Of a stretch of 64,000 nucleotides of DNA, positions 19,412 to 29,140 are shown piece after piece (the first letter of the stretch is position 1; every line of letters begins with the position of its first letter). Below the pieces are notes generated by a model. The model searched no databases and had not been told where the DNA came from. It saw only the letters and a program-made list of their open reading frames with translations. The DNA lies in the NCBI GenBank assembly GCA_044221725.1, contig JBGAON010000001.1, positions 288,001-352,000 on the forward strand. The letters are read 5' to 3'. This DNA comes from Elusimicrobiota bacterium (GTDB lineage: Bacteria > Elusimicrobiota > Elusimicrobia > F11). Both the position numbers and the translations under genes were made by a program.

Positions 19412-20274
19412 GAAATCGATTCGCTTTGACGTTGCTCGTTCTTTGCGCGTGCACGCCGAACCAACAATTTCATCGCGCTCAGAAACTTCAGAAAAAAGGA
19501 AACTATTATTCCGCGTGGCAAAAGTACCAGGAGTTTGCCGCGCGATATCCAAAAAACCCGCACGCGCCCGAAGCACTTTTCTATGCGGGTTGGATCGCGC
19601 AGCAACAGCGAAACGATTGTGGAATGGCCGGCGTGTTCTACGATCAAGTGGCCGAGCGTTATCCGCAGTCGGATCCGTGGGCACGGCTGGCCGCCCATGA
19701 AAAAAACAATTGTCCGGACTACTTTCCTTTGATGCCGGGGTTTAAGTGGGTCGAAGGCGATTCGGAAACGCAGGGCAAAAACGCACGCGTGGAAACGGTT
19801 TGCAAGTCCGCAGCGGGCGACGGTTCGTTGCCGTCCGAAGCTGGGATTTTGGAGCGCACTTATTTTGCTGGTACCGCAAAATTCAAATCAACGCAGTTGA
19901 TTTACAAGAAAAGCGGAGATGAGCTGCAAGAGTTCACCTCCGAAGACGATCCGCGGTACAAAGTTATTCTCAAAATTCCATCGCAGATGGGCGCGCATTG
20001 GAAAACGAAATGGGCCGAACGGATTTTTAATTACGAGATTGTTGCCGACGATAAGACGGTGAAAGTGGCGGCTGGAGAATTTCGTTCGTGTATTTTGGTT
20101 AAATCCACCGTCGACGGAGTACCGGGTGCCACGCTTGAATATTACGCGCCTTCGGTGGGCCGCATTTTAACGGCTTTTGCAACGCCCAGCGGAGAGAAAC
20201 GGAACACCGAGCTCTTGTCGTACAAACCCGCGGCAGCGGATATTGATTTTAAGGTGAAGACAAACAACCCATGA
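19408..20274 (+). CDS. Lipoprotein with BamD/YbgF-like TPR N-terminus
   Basis: Lipobox LVLCAC; YP...APEALF; C-terminal V.V.AG.F..C..V...YYAP.VG beta domain. Confidence 0.65.
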   Translation: MRNRFALTLLVLCACTPNQQFHRAQKLQKKGNYYSAWQKYQEFAARYPKNPHAPEALFYAGWIAQQQRNDCGMAGVFYDQVAERYPQSDPWARLAAHEKNNCPDYFPLMPGFKWVEGDSETQGKNARVETVCKSAAGDGSLPSEAGILERTYFAGTAKFKSTQLIYKKSGDELQEFTSEDDPRYKVILKIPSQMGAHWKTKWAERIFNYEIVADDKTVKVAAGEFRSCILVKSTVDGVPGATLEYYAPSVGRILTAFATPSGEKRNTELLSYKPAAADIDFKVKTNNP

Positions 20275-21344
20275 GCCAACTCACATTTGATGGTTTTATC
20301 GGCGGCGCGCCCAGCAAAACGGCGGCGGCGGTGCCCGGCGGCCGATCCGTTGATGAAATAACGAACGGTTCCTGGTACAAGGGGCGCGTGTTGTCTCACT
20401 CATCGATCGGAATGTATCGAGCGTGCCCGCAGCGTTGGAAGCTGCGTTACATCGATAAAGTACCTGAAAAGCCGAAATCTTTTTTCTCGTTTGGGAAAAG
20501 TGTGCATGCCGGATTGGAATTCTTGTTTGAAAAAATTGGGGAAGCTCTGCCAACGCTCGATGACGTGCTCTCCCATTATAAAACCAACTGGTTGCGCGAA
20601 GGCTACGAGACCGGCGCGCAAGAAAAGTGGTTTTATCAAGAAGGGGAACGTATCTTGCGCGGCTTCTACGCCAAGCACCAGGCTGATTTCAAAAAAGTAT
20701 TCCAGGTTGAATTTAAATTCACAATCGGGATCGATGGCGTGCCGGTGACCGGATTTATCGACCGTATCGATAACGCCGTTAATGGTGGCCTAGCGATCGT
20801 GGACTACAAGACCGGAAAGGCTTTTGACAAGTCCCGTGTGCGGAACGATTCCCAAATGACGCTCTATCAGATTGCCTGTCGGGAAGTGTTTCAAAAACCC
20901 GTCGAAAGCGTGACGCTTTATCATTTGAATTCGCTCACGCCGTTGACGGTTCCTGCGCACTCGAAGAAAATGGAAGACGATTTGAAGACGATCGTTATCG
21001 AAACGGCGCGTGGGATTTCCGAACAGAAATTTGATCCAAAGCCCGATGAAAAAGGTCACTGTCAGTGGTGTGACTACGCGCAAATTTGCCCGGCGTTCTC
21101 GGGGAAGAAGTTCTCGGTTGGTTCCGCCGCGTTGCCGGTCGACGTGACCGATAACGTTGATCGGCTCGGTAAATTGGACGTCAAGATCACCGAACTTATG
21201 GCCGAGCGAGCGGAGGTGCAGCAAGACATTTCGACGGCGATGCGCGTCGCCGGAAAAGAAGAACTTTCTGGCCGTCACTTTGTCGCGCGCCAGGAAAAAA
21301 CGGACGACGGTCCGGCCCGGCTTTCCACTTTTCCGAAAGAATGA
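20271..21344 (+). CDS. PD-(D/E)XK RecB/Cas4-like nuclease
   Basis: LSHSSI..Y..CP, G..VH, GFIDRID, IVDYKTG, Q..LY, C-terminal CxxCxxxxxC. Confidence 0.9.
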   Translation: MSQLTFDGFIGGAPSKTAAAVPGGRSVDEITNGSWYKGRVLSHSSIGMYRACPQRWKLRYIDKVPEKPKSFFSFGKSVHAGLEFLFEKIGEALPTLDDVLSHYKTNWLREGYETGAQEKWFYQEGERILRGFYAKHQADFKKVFQVEFKFTIGIDGVPVTGFIDRIDNAVNGGLAIVDYKTGKAFDKSRVRNDSQMTLYQIACREVFQKPVESVTLYHLNSLTPLTVPAHSKKMEDDLKTIVIETARGISEQKFDPKPDEKGHCQWCDYAQICPAFSGKKFSVGSAALPVDVTDNVDRLGKLDVKITELMAERAEVQQDISTAMRVAGKEELSGRHFVARQEKTDDGPARLSTFPKE

Positions 21345-21412
21345 AAATGTACACGGACGACTTGTGGCTTGAGGCAACGTCGCGCCCCATCCTCATCGGA
21401 GAACGAATTTGA
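21341..21412 (+). pseudogene. 23-codon mini-ORF, possible internally deleted YjbQ remnant
   Basis: MKMYTDDLWLEATSRPILIGERI; ATGA and TTGA overlaps with both neighbours. Confidence 0.4.
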
Positions 21413-22887
21413 ACCGCAAGTTGGTCATCGGTGTCGTCGCAACCGCGGTTATCGGTGCGTTGATGCTGCGCCAATGCGGAAAGCGCCAACCGGCACAACC
21501 GCGCTCGGTTGAAGTGGCTGAGACGCCTCCCGCGACAGCGACAACAACGACCGCCGGCCTAAAGGCTCCCTCGGCCACGGCGCTGCCCTCGTTACCTCCA
21601 ATTGTCTCGAAATCCAAGCCAACGCCCATCTCAAAACCGGCCCCGGTTGCGAAGGAAGGACCGGGCGCTGTTTCGACCCCGCCGCCCGTCAAGATTTTTC
21701 CAGAGTTGATTCCCAAAGACATTCGGATCGTGCGCGTGTATTACGCTTCGATGATCACCGGCCCAGCGAGCACGATTGAGTTTGATATCAACGGCTCGGG
21801 TTTCAACAAAGAGTTTGAAAAAATGATCACCGTCGAGTCCGGTCAACCGAACGCGTCGGTCAAAAATCTCGCTCTAATCACACCGAACCAAATTCACGGC
21901 ACGCTCGACATCAATGATAAATCCGCAACGATGCTCGCGTTTCCGAAAGTTCTTATTCAAGGCAAAGTTGTGTTCCAGGCCCCGGAACCTTTCGCGGTCA
22001 TTCGTCCGGGTGAAGTTCTCAATCTTGTCTTCACCGAAATGGGCGAGTCGGGTCGGTCCGGCCGATTCCGAGTGTTCACGAATCTCAATCAAGAAATGTT
22101 TAAGGATTTCAAAGTGACCGTGAGCACGCCATCAATTCGGGTGACCGATGTTTCACCGGCGTTCCCGTTTCTCGTCGACGGAACCATTATCATTGGACCC
22201 GCGGTGGGGGGCGATTACGACATCGCCATAACGTTGAAGGACAAAACATTATGGGAGCGCAAAGGCGTCATTCGTGTTGTTAAACCAAACGTTGGTCAAT
22301 CGGGGCTTATTCAAAAAGTAATGACGCTGGATGGCTATCAACGTCCGGGTGACAAGGTGCGGTTCGCGATTCAGGGCAGTGGTTTTCAACCCGACGATGT
22401 GCATATTCTTCAGGCAAAAGTGCCCGATGTGCCGAATGTTGTTAGCAGCTTCACTTATGTCAGTCCGGGACGATTGGAATTGGTGCTCGACATACCGAAA
22501 GATATTCCGGTCAAGTCCTACGCCCTCACCATTAGCGCCGGCCCAGAGATTCTGCAGAGTTTGCCGGACGCGTTTCGCGTGGTGGGGGCCAATTGGCCCC
22601 GCGATTTGCGGCTCAATCCGGCGCTCGAGCCGGGAGAGAAGAGCGTGTTATCTTTGACCGGCCGCGACTTCGACAAAGATTTCGTTTCGAAATTAAAAGT
22701 AGAGTTTGACGAGCCTGGGCTGACATTGGGGCAGTTCTCTGTTGTTAGTCCGCTCGAGGCATCCGCGGCAATATCGGCCAGTGCGGATGTGAAGCCCGGC
22801 GATTATCTTCTTCGGATAACCTCGGACGGGAAAGCGGTATCTCCCGAGTTTGGCAGCCTGATTCGCGTATCTCCCCCCAAAAAATAA
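21409..22887 (+). CDS. Membrane-anchored protein with Pro/Thr-rich linker and repeated Ig/IPT-like beta domains
   Basis: N-terminal TM; TPPATATTTT linker; repeated I.GSGF / L.GRDF strands. Confidence 0.6.
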   Translation: MNRKLVIGVVATAVIGALMLRQCGKRQPAQPRSVEVAETPPATATTTTAGLKAPSATALPSLPPIVSKSKPTPISKPAPVAKEGPGAVSTPPPVKIFPELIPKDIRIVRVYYASMITGPASTIEFDINGSGFNKEFEKMITVESGQPNASVKNLALITPNQIHGTLDINDKSATMLAFPKVLIQGKVVFQAPEPFAVIRPGEVLNLVFTEMGESGRSGRFRVFTNLNQEMFKDFKVTVSTPSIRVTDVSPAFPFLVDGTIIIGPAVGGDYDIAITLKDKTLWERKGVIRVVKPNVGQSGLIQKVMTLDGYQRPGDKVRFAIQGSGFQPDDVHILQAKVPDVPNVVSSFTYVSPGRLELVLDIPKDIPVKSYALTISAGPEILQSLPDAFRVVGANWPRDLRLNPALEPGEKSVLSLTGRDFDKDFVSKLKVEFDEPGLTLGQFSVVSPLEASAAISASADVKPGDYLLRITSDGKAVSPEFGSLIRVSPPKK

Positions 22888-23036
22888 TTCCCATTTCCTA
22901 GCAGGCGAATCGGAAAAGTGCTCGACCGCTCCGTCGTGTTGCACCAGCAACGTGAATTCAGCTCACAATTGTTACCTGTTGTTTACAGGAAATTCACGTA
23001 AATTTAATCCGCTTTCGATAGATTGGTTTTAGTTAT

Positions 23037-26000
23037 TTGTTAGGAGATATTTTGCACTTGCCTCGTCTCATCCCTAAATCGCTGTCGGTACTTTTGACCG
23101 TAGTTTTGTTGCTAAATACGGTTCCTTCGCAATCAATTGAGCGGATCCCTCAAGCGCCAAAGTCTGTGTTTTATATTCGAGATATTCACAGAAATCTCGA
23201 TGCGCAGAAGAACATCGCGCAAACAATTTCGCGGATGAGCGGTCAGACCGATCTCGTTGCTCTCGAGGGAGCGTTTGGTCCGCTCGATTTTGAACTATTT
23301 GATACGTATCCTTATTCCGAATCGGTTCGCTCAGCAGCGTCCTCTATGTTGCTGAAGCTGTCTTTGAGCGGCCCCGTGTTTGCGGCGCTAACGCAGCCGA
23401 AGAAAGTTCCGTTCATCGGCGTTGATGACAAAGCGCTTTACCGAAAGAATCGCCTCGCTTACACGTCAGCGTTCCCTTACAAGCGCGCAAATCAAGCAGC
23501 TCTGCGGCGAATGCAAGATGCATTGAACTCTTCAAAGCAGATCGAATATTCGCGCAGGTTGTACGACTTCGATCAAGTCGTGCGGCAATTTCACTCCCAT
23601 CGGTTGTCGCTTTTGGATTTTGTGTCCAAGCTGAATCGTTCGTCCGGATCGTTGGATGATCGGCGATTCCCGCAATTAACAAAGCTTTTACGCGCATCGC
23701 GGTTGGAACACTTTGTAGACGCAAAGAGATCCAAATTGTCGCAAGCATATTTGGCTCTTCTAAAAAATCTCGATGGAGAGATTCTGTACACGGAGATCGA
23801 GAACGCGGAAGCATCGATTTATGGAGAATTAATACGAACGGCCAGTGAAAAGACGTTGTTTGAAAAAGATCAGGCGCTTCAGTTGTGTGAAAAGCTTTTT
23901 TCATTTTCGCTTGGACCAAAGGACTGGGACCGTTACGTTGCGTCGAACGCCGGCGAACCAATTTCTCGATTTCCTGGAAAAATTTATTTTGAAGAGTTCT
24001 ATCGCGCTGCGAAGGCGCGTGACATCGCAATGAGTCGGAATGTTGTTCGCGCCATTCGCCAAACGGGCGCACAACGCGTCGTGCTAGTAACCGGAGGGTT
24101 TCACTCGTCCGGTGTGGAAACCCAGCTCACGCAAGCAGATATTTCAGTGATCCCCTACGTCCCGCGAGTTTCCCATCTAAATGAGAATGATCTGAGCGGT
24201 TACCTTCGTGTGTTTGATCAAGAACAGGCTCCGTTGGAGAAGATTTTTGGTGATGTCGATTTATCGTTGGCCGAATTGGCGTGGTCGCATCGGCAACAGG
24301 CCAACCTGGCCACGGATATTGCCCACAACGAAGCTTTGCGACGACGATTGCCGTTCGCCTTGAAATGGTTTTTACCCCTCTTTTTCGTTCACGTTCCCTT
24401 CTTGTGGAAGATCGTTGAAAGTAACGTTGCCACGGTAAGGCTGGGCGAGCAATCGATCATGGTTCCGGGGCTTTTGGGATGGTTTTTTCTTATCGGTATG
24501 ATAGGGCCATCAACCTTTTTCTCGATATTTCGTTCGTCGCGAAGTTTTGCTTCAACGCGACCGTACGGTCCCTTGGGTCGTTACGTTGAAGGTTGGTACT
24601 GGCTGCCCACATTAAAAATCCGAGAAAGAGACTTTCAGAATTCAAATGTTCCCGCTCAAATCAGGGAGAGACGTGTTGAGAAAGACGGTGCGGTGATTCG
24701 ACAGCGGGCGCTGGAAATCCTGGACCGCGCGAAAAAGGAAAATATTTCTTTGGAAATTGAGTCGCCAACCCGCGGACTTGATGGGCCGGGTTCGGCGTTG
24801 GATTTGCGTGATTATCAACGTCGACTTCGCAAGCCGGGCCACCACAGAATTTCGGAAGTCCCGTCCACGATCACGATTTCTGCGCAGTTAACCTCGGTGA
24901 TACGATTTGAGCGAATTCCTGAATCCGAACGAAAAACGGATGATGGAGCATTGGAAATCGAATATCTCTCGTTGCGCTACGGAAAAAAGAGCGCGCCGAC
25001 CGACAAGTACGGGAAGATCCGATTTTATGGACCGGTGGACATCAACGGCAACGGCCAAACAAAGAAGGGTTACGAAGATATGGCGGGTTATATCTTTCAA
25101 AACCTTTTTGGCTTGGGCGGAGGCATTCGCATCATTGACGAGGCGAATTTGCCATCGGGTCTTGAGTCATCCAATATCACCGTGAAAGCGCTCATCGAAG
25201 CAGCGGCGATGTTAAGTGGCACCCAGCTATCAAAAGCCGACATCTGGGTGCTCGGAGAAGCGCTCGAAAATGACGTGTTCAAAGGTGTGACCGGCGGGCA
25301 AGGGGTGCTTTCGGCCTATACCGGCGGTGCGCATGAGCATCTGTGGTTTCTTGATGGTGACAGGCAAGATCAACGATCGGCGTTTTCAATCGAACTCGTT
25401 CCTCCGAACCAGTGGGAAGCGTTTGCCAGTCATTTCGTTCTGACACACCTTGGGGGGACGACCGAAGCCGGGAGTCCGATTTTGAAGCGTGCGGGTCCTC
25501 TTATCAACAAGATGTGGCTCGATATGTTGAAGCGCGACGAAAAATCCCAGCATCTTTTTGAAGAAATGGTTCCGTTGGCAAACACGTACGCACTGGCCAT
25601 GCTGCACATGGATTTTAAGACGATCGCGCAATCGGTAAATCGGCTTTCGAATATTCGCGACCACCTTTTAAGGCGTTGGTTTGGGCTTATGCTCGATGCC
25701 AAATTAAACCACACCTATGTTCATGATGGCCCGTGGTGGTGGTTGAGGTTGGAGCCTGTGCCGGATTATGCACGAGCGTTTGCCGAGCGGATTGAAGACG
25801 AAGACAAATATCCGGAGTATAAGCCGTTGCAGAAACTGTTGGCGCGCTACGCCGGGCGTGGTCCGGCCTATCTTCGAACGCGCAGTTTGTACACATTGGA
25901 TCCTATCGAAGGGTTCCTAAACCGAGTAAGACGTCGTGGCTTTGGCGCAATGCCAACCGGTGCGGGCGGTCCAGGTGCTATTATCGCAGTGGTTTCTCCG

Positions 26001-26495
26001 AATGGTAAAGCTGCGATTGAGGATCTCATTGCGATTGAGCATCTCGATAAAGACGAGTACGTTCGTCATTGGGTCGATGCGGGCTTGGAGATGAGACGGT
26101 ATTTGGATGTGCGTATCGGATCGCGGGCTGAGATTCGAGGATTCGATAAATTCGTTGATGCGGGTGTCGTGCTTCCCCAAGAACCACTTCGAAAATTTTA
26201 TGATCAAGAAACAGGAAGGATTTTGGACTCAAAACCGGAAGAATTGCCATCCGAGCAGCCGAAGCCGATCAATCGATTGATGACGTTTTTGTCTGTCGCG
26301 ATGGCCGTTTTGTTGTATCCGATCAGCCTGTTGCCAGCGAAGGAAATGGGCGCTTTGGCGCAATCGCTTGAGGACTCCGATTCATCGCCAGAGCAACCGA
26401 CCAAGATGGTGGTCGAGCACCAACAACAGATGCTGACTGGTTCTGTTACCGGAAAATTTCTTTTAAATCCCAAAAAACGGTTGAGTTTCGCGTAA
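23037..26495 (+). CDS. Large fusion protein: ChaN/EreA/Tiki-like N-terminal module, hydrophobic segments, GHMP sugar-kinase-like domain
   Basis: IRDIH.NLDAQKNI, LVALEG, GVDD..LY..N, FY..A..RD..M, VLVTGGFH; then PSGLESS, TGGQG, PTGAGGPG. Confidence 0.7.
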   Translation: MLGDILHLPRLIPKSLSVLLTVVLLLNTVPSQSIERIPQAPKSVFYIRDIHRNLDAQKNIAQTISRMSGQTDLVALEGAFGPLDFELFDTYPYSESVRSAASSMLLKLSLSGPVFAALTQPKKVPFIGVDDKALYRKNRLAYTSAFPYKRANQAALRRMQDALNSSKQIEYSRRLYDFDQVVRQFHSHRLSLLDFVSKLNRSSGSLDDRRFPQLTKLLRASRLEHFVDAKRSKLSQAYLALLKNLDGEILYTEIENAEASIYGELIRTASEKTLFEKDQALQLCEKLFSFSLGPKDWDRYVASNAGEPISRFPGKIYFEEFYRAAKARDIAMSRNVVRAIRQTGAQRVVLVTGGFHSSGVETQLTQADISVIPYVPRVSHLNENDLSGYLRVFDQEQAPLEKIFGDVDLSLAELAWSHRQQANLATDIAHNEALRRRLPFALKWFLPLFFVHVPFLWKIVESNVATVRLGEQSIMVPGLLGWFFLIGMIGPSTFFSIFRSSRSFASTRPYGPLGRYVEGWYWLPTLKIRERDFQNSNVPAQIRERRVEKDGAVIRQRALEILDRAKKENISLEIESPTRGLDGPGSALDLRDYQRRLRKPGHHRISEVPSTITISAQLTSVIRFERIPESERKTDDGALEIEYLSLRYGKKSAPTDKYGKIRFYGPVDINGNGQTKKGYEDMAGYIFQNLFGLGGGIRIIDEANLPSGLESSNITVKALIEAAAMLSGTQLSKADIWVLGEALENDVFKGVTGGQGVLSAYTGGAHEHLWFLDGDRQDQRSAFSIELVPPNQWEAFASHFVLTHLGGTTEAGSPILKRAGPLINKMWLDMLKRDEKSQHLFEEMVPLANTYALAMLHMDFKTIAQSVNRLSNIRDHLLRRWFGLMLDAKLNHTYVHDGPWWWLRLEPVPDYARAFAERIEDEDKYPEYKPLQKLLARYAGRGPAYLRTRSLYTLDPIEGFLNRVRRRGFGAMPTGAGGPGAIIAVVSPNGKAAIEDLIAIEHLDKDEYVRHWVDAGLEMRRYLDVRIGSRAEIRGFDKFVDAGVVLPQEPLRKFYDQETGRILDSKPEELPSEQPKPINRLMTFLSVAMAVLLYPISLLPAKEMGALAQSLEDSDSSPEQPTKMVVEHQQQMLTGSVTGKFLLNPKKRLSFA

Positions 26496-28390
26496 TGAGT
26501 GACAGCGGTTTTGTTAGCTTGAATTATGAAAAGATTCCCATGCGGGTGGGCGGCCTGTTTCAGGACGATGTCCAGAAACTAAGCAGCCAAAACGCGAATG
26601 CTCTTCTTCTGGATTTAAGAAAGAAGATTCGTCACGCGGAGAAAGAAAAGAACAAGCAGCTCGCCGCCAAAAGTTATCTGCAAATCGCCATGGTTTTTCG
26701 CGGTCAGCGCAGTTACGGCGCTGCGTTGTCGATGCTTCACAAGGCGCAGTCTCACATTGATCACGCTGTTGATCGCGAGCTGCTTGCAGCACTTTACGAA
26801 GAACTGGCGTGCGTAAACCGTGAGCTCAACCGCAACACGCTCGCGCTCGACTATTCTCAGAAGGCTGTGCATCTTTATCAAGAATTGAAAAAAAATCTCG
26901 AGCTTGGTTGGGCGTACGATAATATGTCCGTCATTTATCACAACATGGCGCGCCGCCACGAAAGTCTAATTTTCGCGAAGAAAGCGCGTGAGATCTTCCT
27001 CGAACACAACAACCCCAGTTGCCTAGCGTGGAATTCGTGCAACCTCGGTAATATAAATTTTGATTTGGGGTCTTATGCCGAAGCGAAGGCGTACTATTTG
27101 GGTGCGTTAAATATTTTCCAGGAATTGGGAATCAAACAAGGCATTTCTTGGACGTTGCTTTGGCTGGGAATGTCGGCGCGCGCGCAAACACAATTTAAAG
27201 AGGCCGAGGAGTTCCTTGAAAAAGCGATTGTTGAATTTCTTGCGCTGGGTATTCACGACCGCGCTGGATGGGCGGTTCTTAATCTCGCCGGAATTCGGTG
27301 GGCGCAGGGCCGCATGAACGATGCGCTGTCACTCAATCAAAAGGCGATTAAGATGTTTCGCTCGCTCAGCAACAACGATGGCCTCGCCTGGGGCACATTC
27401 CAAATTGCGCAAATTTTCCGCGAGCAGGGCCGGCTGACCAACGCGTGGCGTTTGTTGCGCCAGTCGCAGGATCTCTTCAATCACATCGCCAGTCAAAAAG
27501 GCTCGGGCTGGGTGGAATGTGAGTTGGCCGAAATCTATTTGGCGTTATCGGATCAAACGCATGCGTTTGAGTCATTAAAGAAATCAAAGATTATCGCCGA
27601 CAAGCTTGCGTTCCTGCCGTTGAAAATGGAGATCGATAAAAACACCGCGTTGTGGCACATCAATCAAGGACAGCTGGACGAAGCGCTGGCGCTTTTGCGG
27701 TCGGCCGAAGAAACGACTTCGAAAAATCAAATTGTCGAAATTTACGCGGATATCTTGCTCGCGAAAACGAAGGCATTGCTGGCAAAAGGTGATTTGGACG
27801 GCGTGGCCGCCGCAACGAAATCGTTGGCGGAAATTATCGATACGCATCAGTTGGGGCGGCTTAAGCCGCATCTGGATTTGTATCAAGGCGAACACGCAAT
27901 GCTCGTGGGAGACATCGCCAAAGCAGAGAATTTTTTCCAAAGCGCGCTGGACCGTTCGCAAAAACTCGAGCAGCTTCTGTGCTGGGCCGAGGCAAGCTTG
28001 GGTTTGCTGCAAACAGAGAGGATAACCAAGTCGCCGAAACAGCGGCTTCAGACGTTGGCGGGTATCGAAAAGAGAATTCGCACCGCGGGATGCCGATGTC
28101 TAAAGGCAAAAGTATTGGCTTTGGAAGCCATCCTGGATGCTGAAGCAAAGAACACGGTGGATCCCCATTTGGTTGGCCAATGTCTTCGAATCCTTGAAGA
28201 GACGAACCTGCATCTGCTACGGAAGGAATTGCTGGAATTTTTTGTTTGGCTAACCAAGCGAACGGGCCAGGCCGAAGAATCAGAAATTTACGCGTCGGAA
28301 CTGAGAAGCCTCATCGACACTCACAATCTGGGCGAGATAGGCCCCCGGGAGAGATATTTCGAGATTTTTCCGGTATCGGTTATTTCGTAA
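26495..28390 (+). CDS. All-TPR (MalT-like TPR) protein
   Basis: About 40-aa repeats GWxxxNL/MxxxY...AxxxFxxL; start coupled to the upstream stop (TAATG). Confidence 0.8.
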   Translation: MSDSGFVSLNYEKIPMRVGGLFQDDVQKLSSQNANALLLDLRKKIRHAEKEKNKQLAAKSYLQIAMVFRGQRSYGAALSMLHKAQSHIDHAVDRELLAALYEELACVNRELNRNTLALDYSQKAVHLYQELKKNLELGWAYDNMSVIYHNMARRHESLIFAKKAREIFLEHNNPSCLAWNSCNLGNINFDLGSYAEAKAYYLGALNIFQELGIKQGISWTLLWLGMSARAQTQFKEAEEFLEKAIVEFLALGIHDRAGWAVLNLAGIRWAQGRMNDALSLNQKAIKMFRSLSNNDGLAWGTFQIAQIFREQGRLTNAWRLLRQSQDLFNHIASQKGSGWVECELAEIYLALSDQTHAFESLKKSKIIADKLAFLPLKMEIDKNTALWHINQGQLDEALALLRSAEETTSKNQIVEIYADILLAKTKALLAKGDLDGVAAATKSLAEIIDTHQLGRLKPHLDLYQGEHAMLVGDIAKAENFFQSALDRSQKLEQLLCWAEASLGLLQTERITKSPKQRLQTLAGIEKRIRTAGCRCLKAKVLALEAILDAEAKNTVDPHLVGQCLRILEETNLHLLRKELLEFFVWLTKRTGQAEESEIYASELRSLIDTHNLGEIGPRERYFEIFPVSVIS

Positions 28391-28395
28391 GTTTA

Positions 28396-28983
28396 CTAAC
28401 GCTGCAAAATCGCTTCGAGGCCTTTGCGAATCATCATAACCCCAATCGCTGCCAGGAAGATGGCCACTACCTTGGCCAACATTTTCGCGAACGCCTGCCC
28501 TGTTTTTCGCACGATTACATCGGAATAGGTAAACAACAGCAAAGTCAGGACGAGGTTCGCGGTCATCGCGGCCAAGATTGTGATAAGGCTGTAGAGATCG
28601 TGCAAGATAAGAAGTGTTGTAATGAACGCCGGACCGGCGATCAGAGGAATCCCGATTGGAACGACCGCGATCATGTTGTCGTGATGCGTTGCGCCGGTTA
28701 ATTTGGGACTCTCTCCAAACATTTCGCGGATCGAGAAAATCATTAGTAACAAGCCTCCGGCGATTTTGAAATCGGCCGGCGTGATTCCGAGAAACGTGAA
28801 TATGTAGTGACCGATGAGCCCAAAAGATGTGCCCACAAAAAACGCCGTGAGCGTGGCGTGTAGCGCAAGACGCCGGCGTTCGCCGATCGAGTAGCCCTCT
28901 GTGAGACCCACGAACATTGGAAGTACGCCGACGGGATCGATGGCGACAAACAGTGGGATGAATGCGAGAAGAAAGGATTGCAT
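28396..28983 (-). CDS. MarC-family membrane protein
   Basis: FIPLFVAIDPVG, FKIAGGLLL, VVPIGIPLIAGPA. Confidence 0.93.
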   Translation of the reverse strand: MQSFLLAFIPLFVAIDPVGVLPMFVGLTEGYSIGERRRLALHATLTAFFVGTSFGLIGHYIFTFLGITPADFKIAGGLLLMIFSIREMFGESPKLTGATHHDNMIAVVPIGIPLIAGPAFITTLLILHDLYSLITILAAMTANLVLTLLLFTYSDVIVRKTGQAFAKMLAKVVAIFLAAIGVMMIRKGLEAILQR

Positions 28984-29013
28984 GGGTTAGAGTTCCTGTC
29001 CCTGTCAGAAAAA

Positions 29014-29086
29014 TAGCGCGGGGCGGGATCGAACCGCCGACCCTGGGCTTATGAGTCCCATGCTCTACCAACTGAGCTACCGCGCC
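29014..29086 (-). tRNA. tRNA-CAT, most likely elongator Met
   Basis: GGCGCGGTAGCTCAGTTGGTAGAGCATGGGACTCATAAGCCCAGGGTCGGCGGTTCGATCCCGCCCCGCGCTA; Ile2 not fully excluded. Confidence 0.9.
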
Positions 29087-29140
29087 GAAATTCGTGCGAC
29101 AACCCGAATTTAGCATGTAGAATCACGTTCGCAAAACATT

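Noticed and set aside
20271..21344. CRISPR-Cas locus suggested by the Cas4-like nuclease
   Set aside because: No repeat-spacer array or other cas gene seen anywhere in the window
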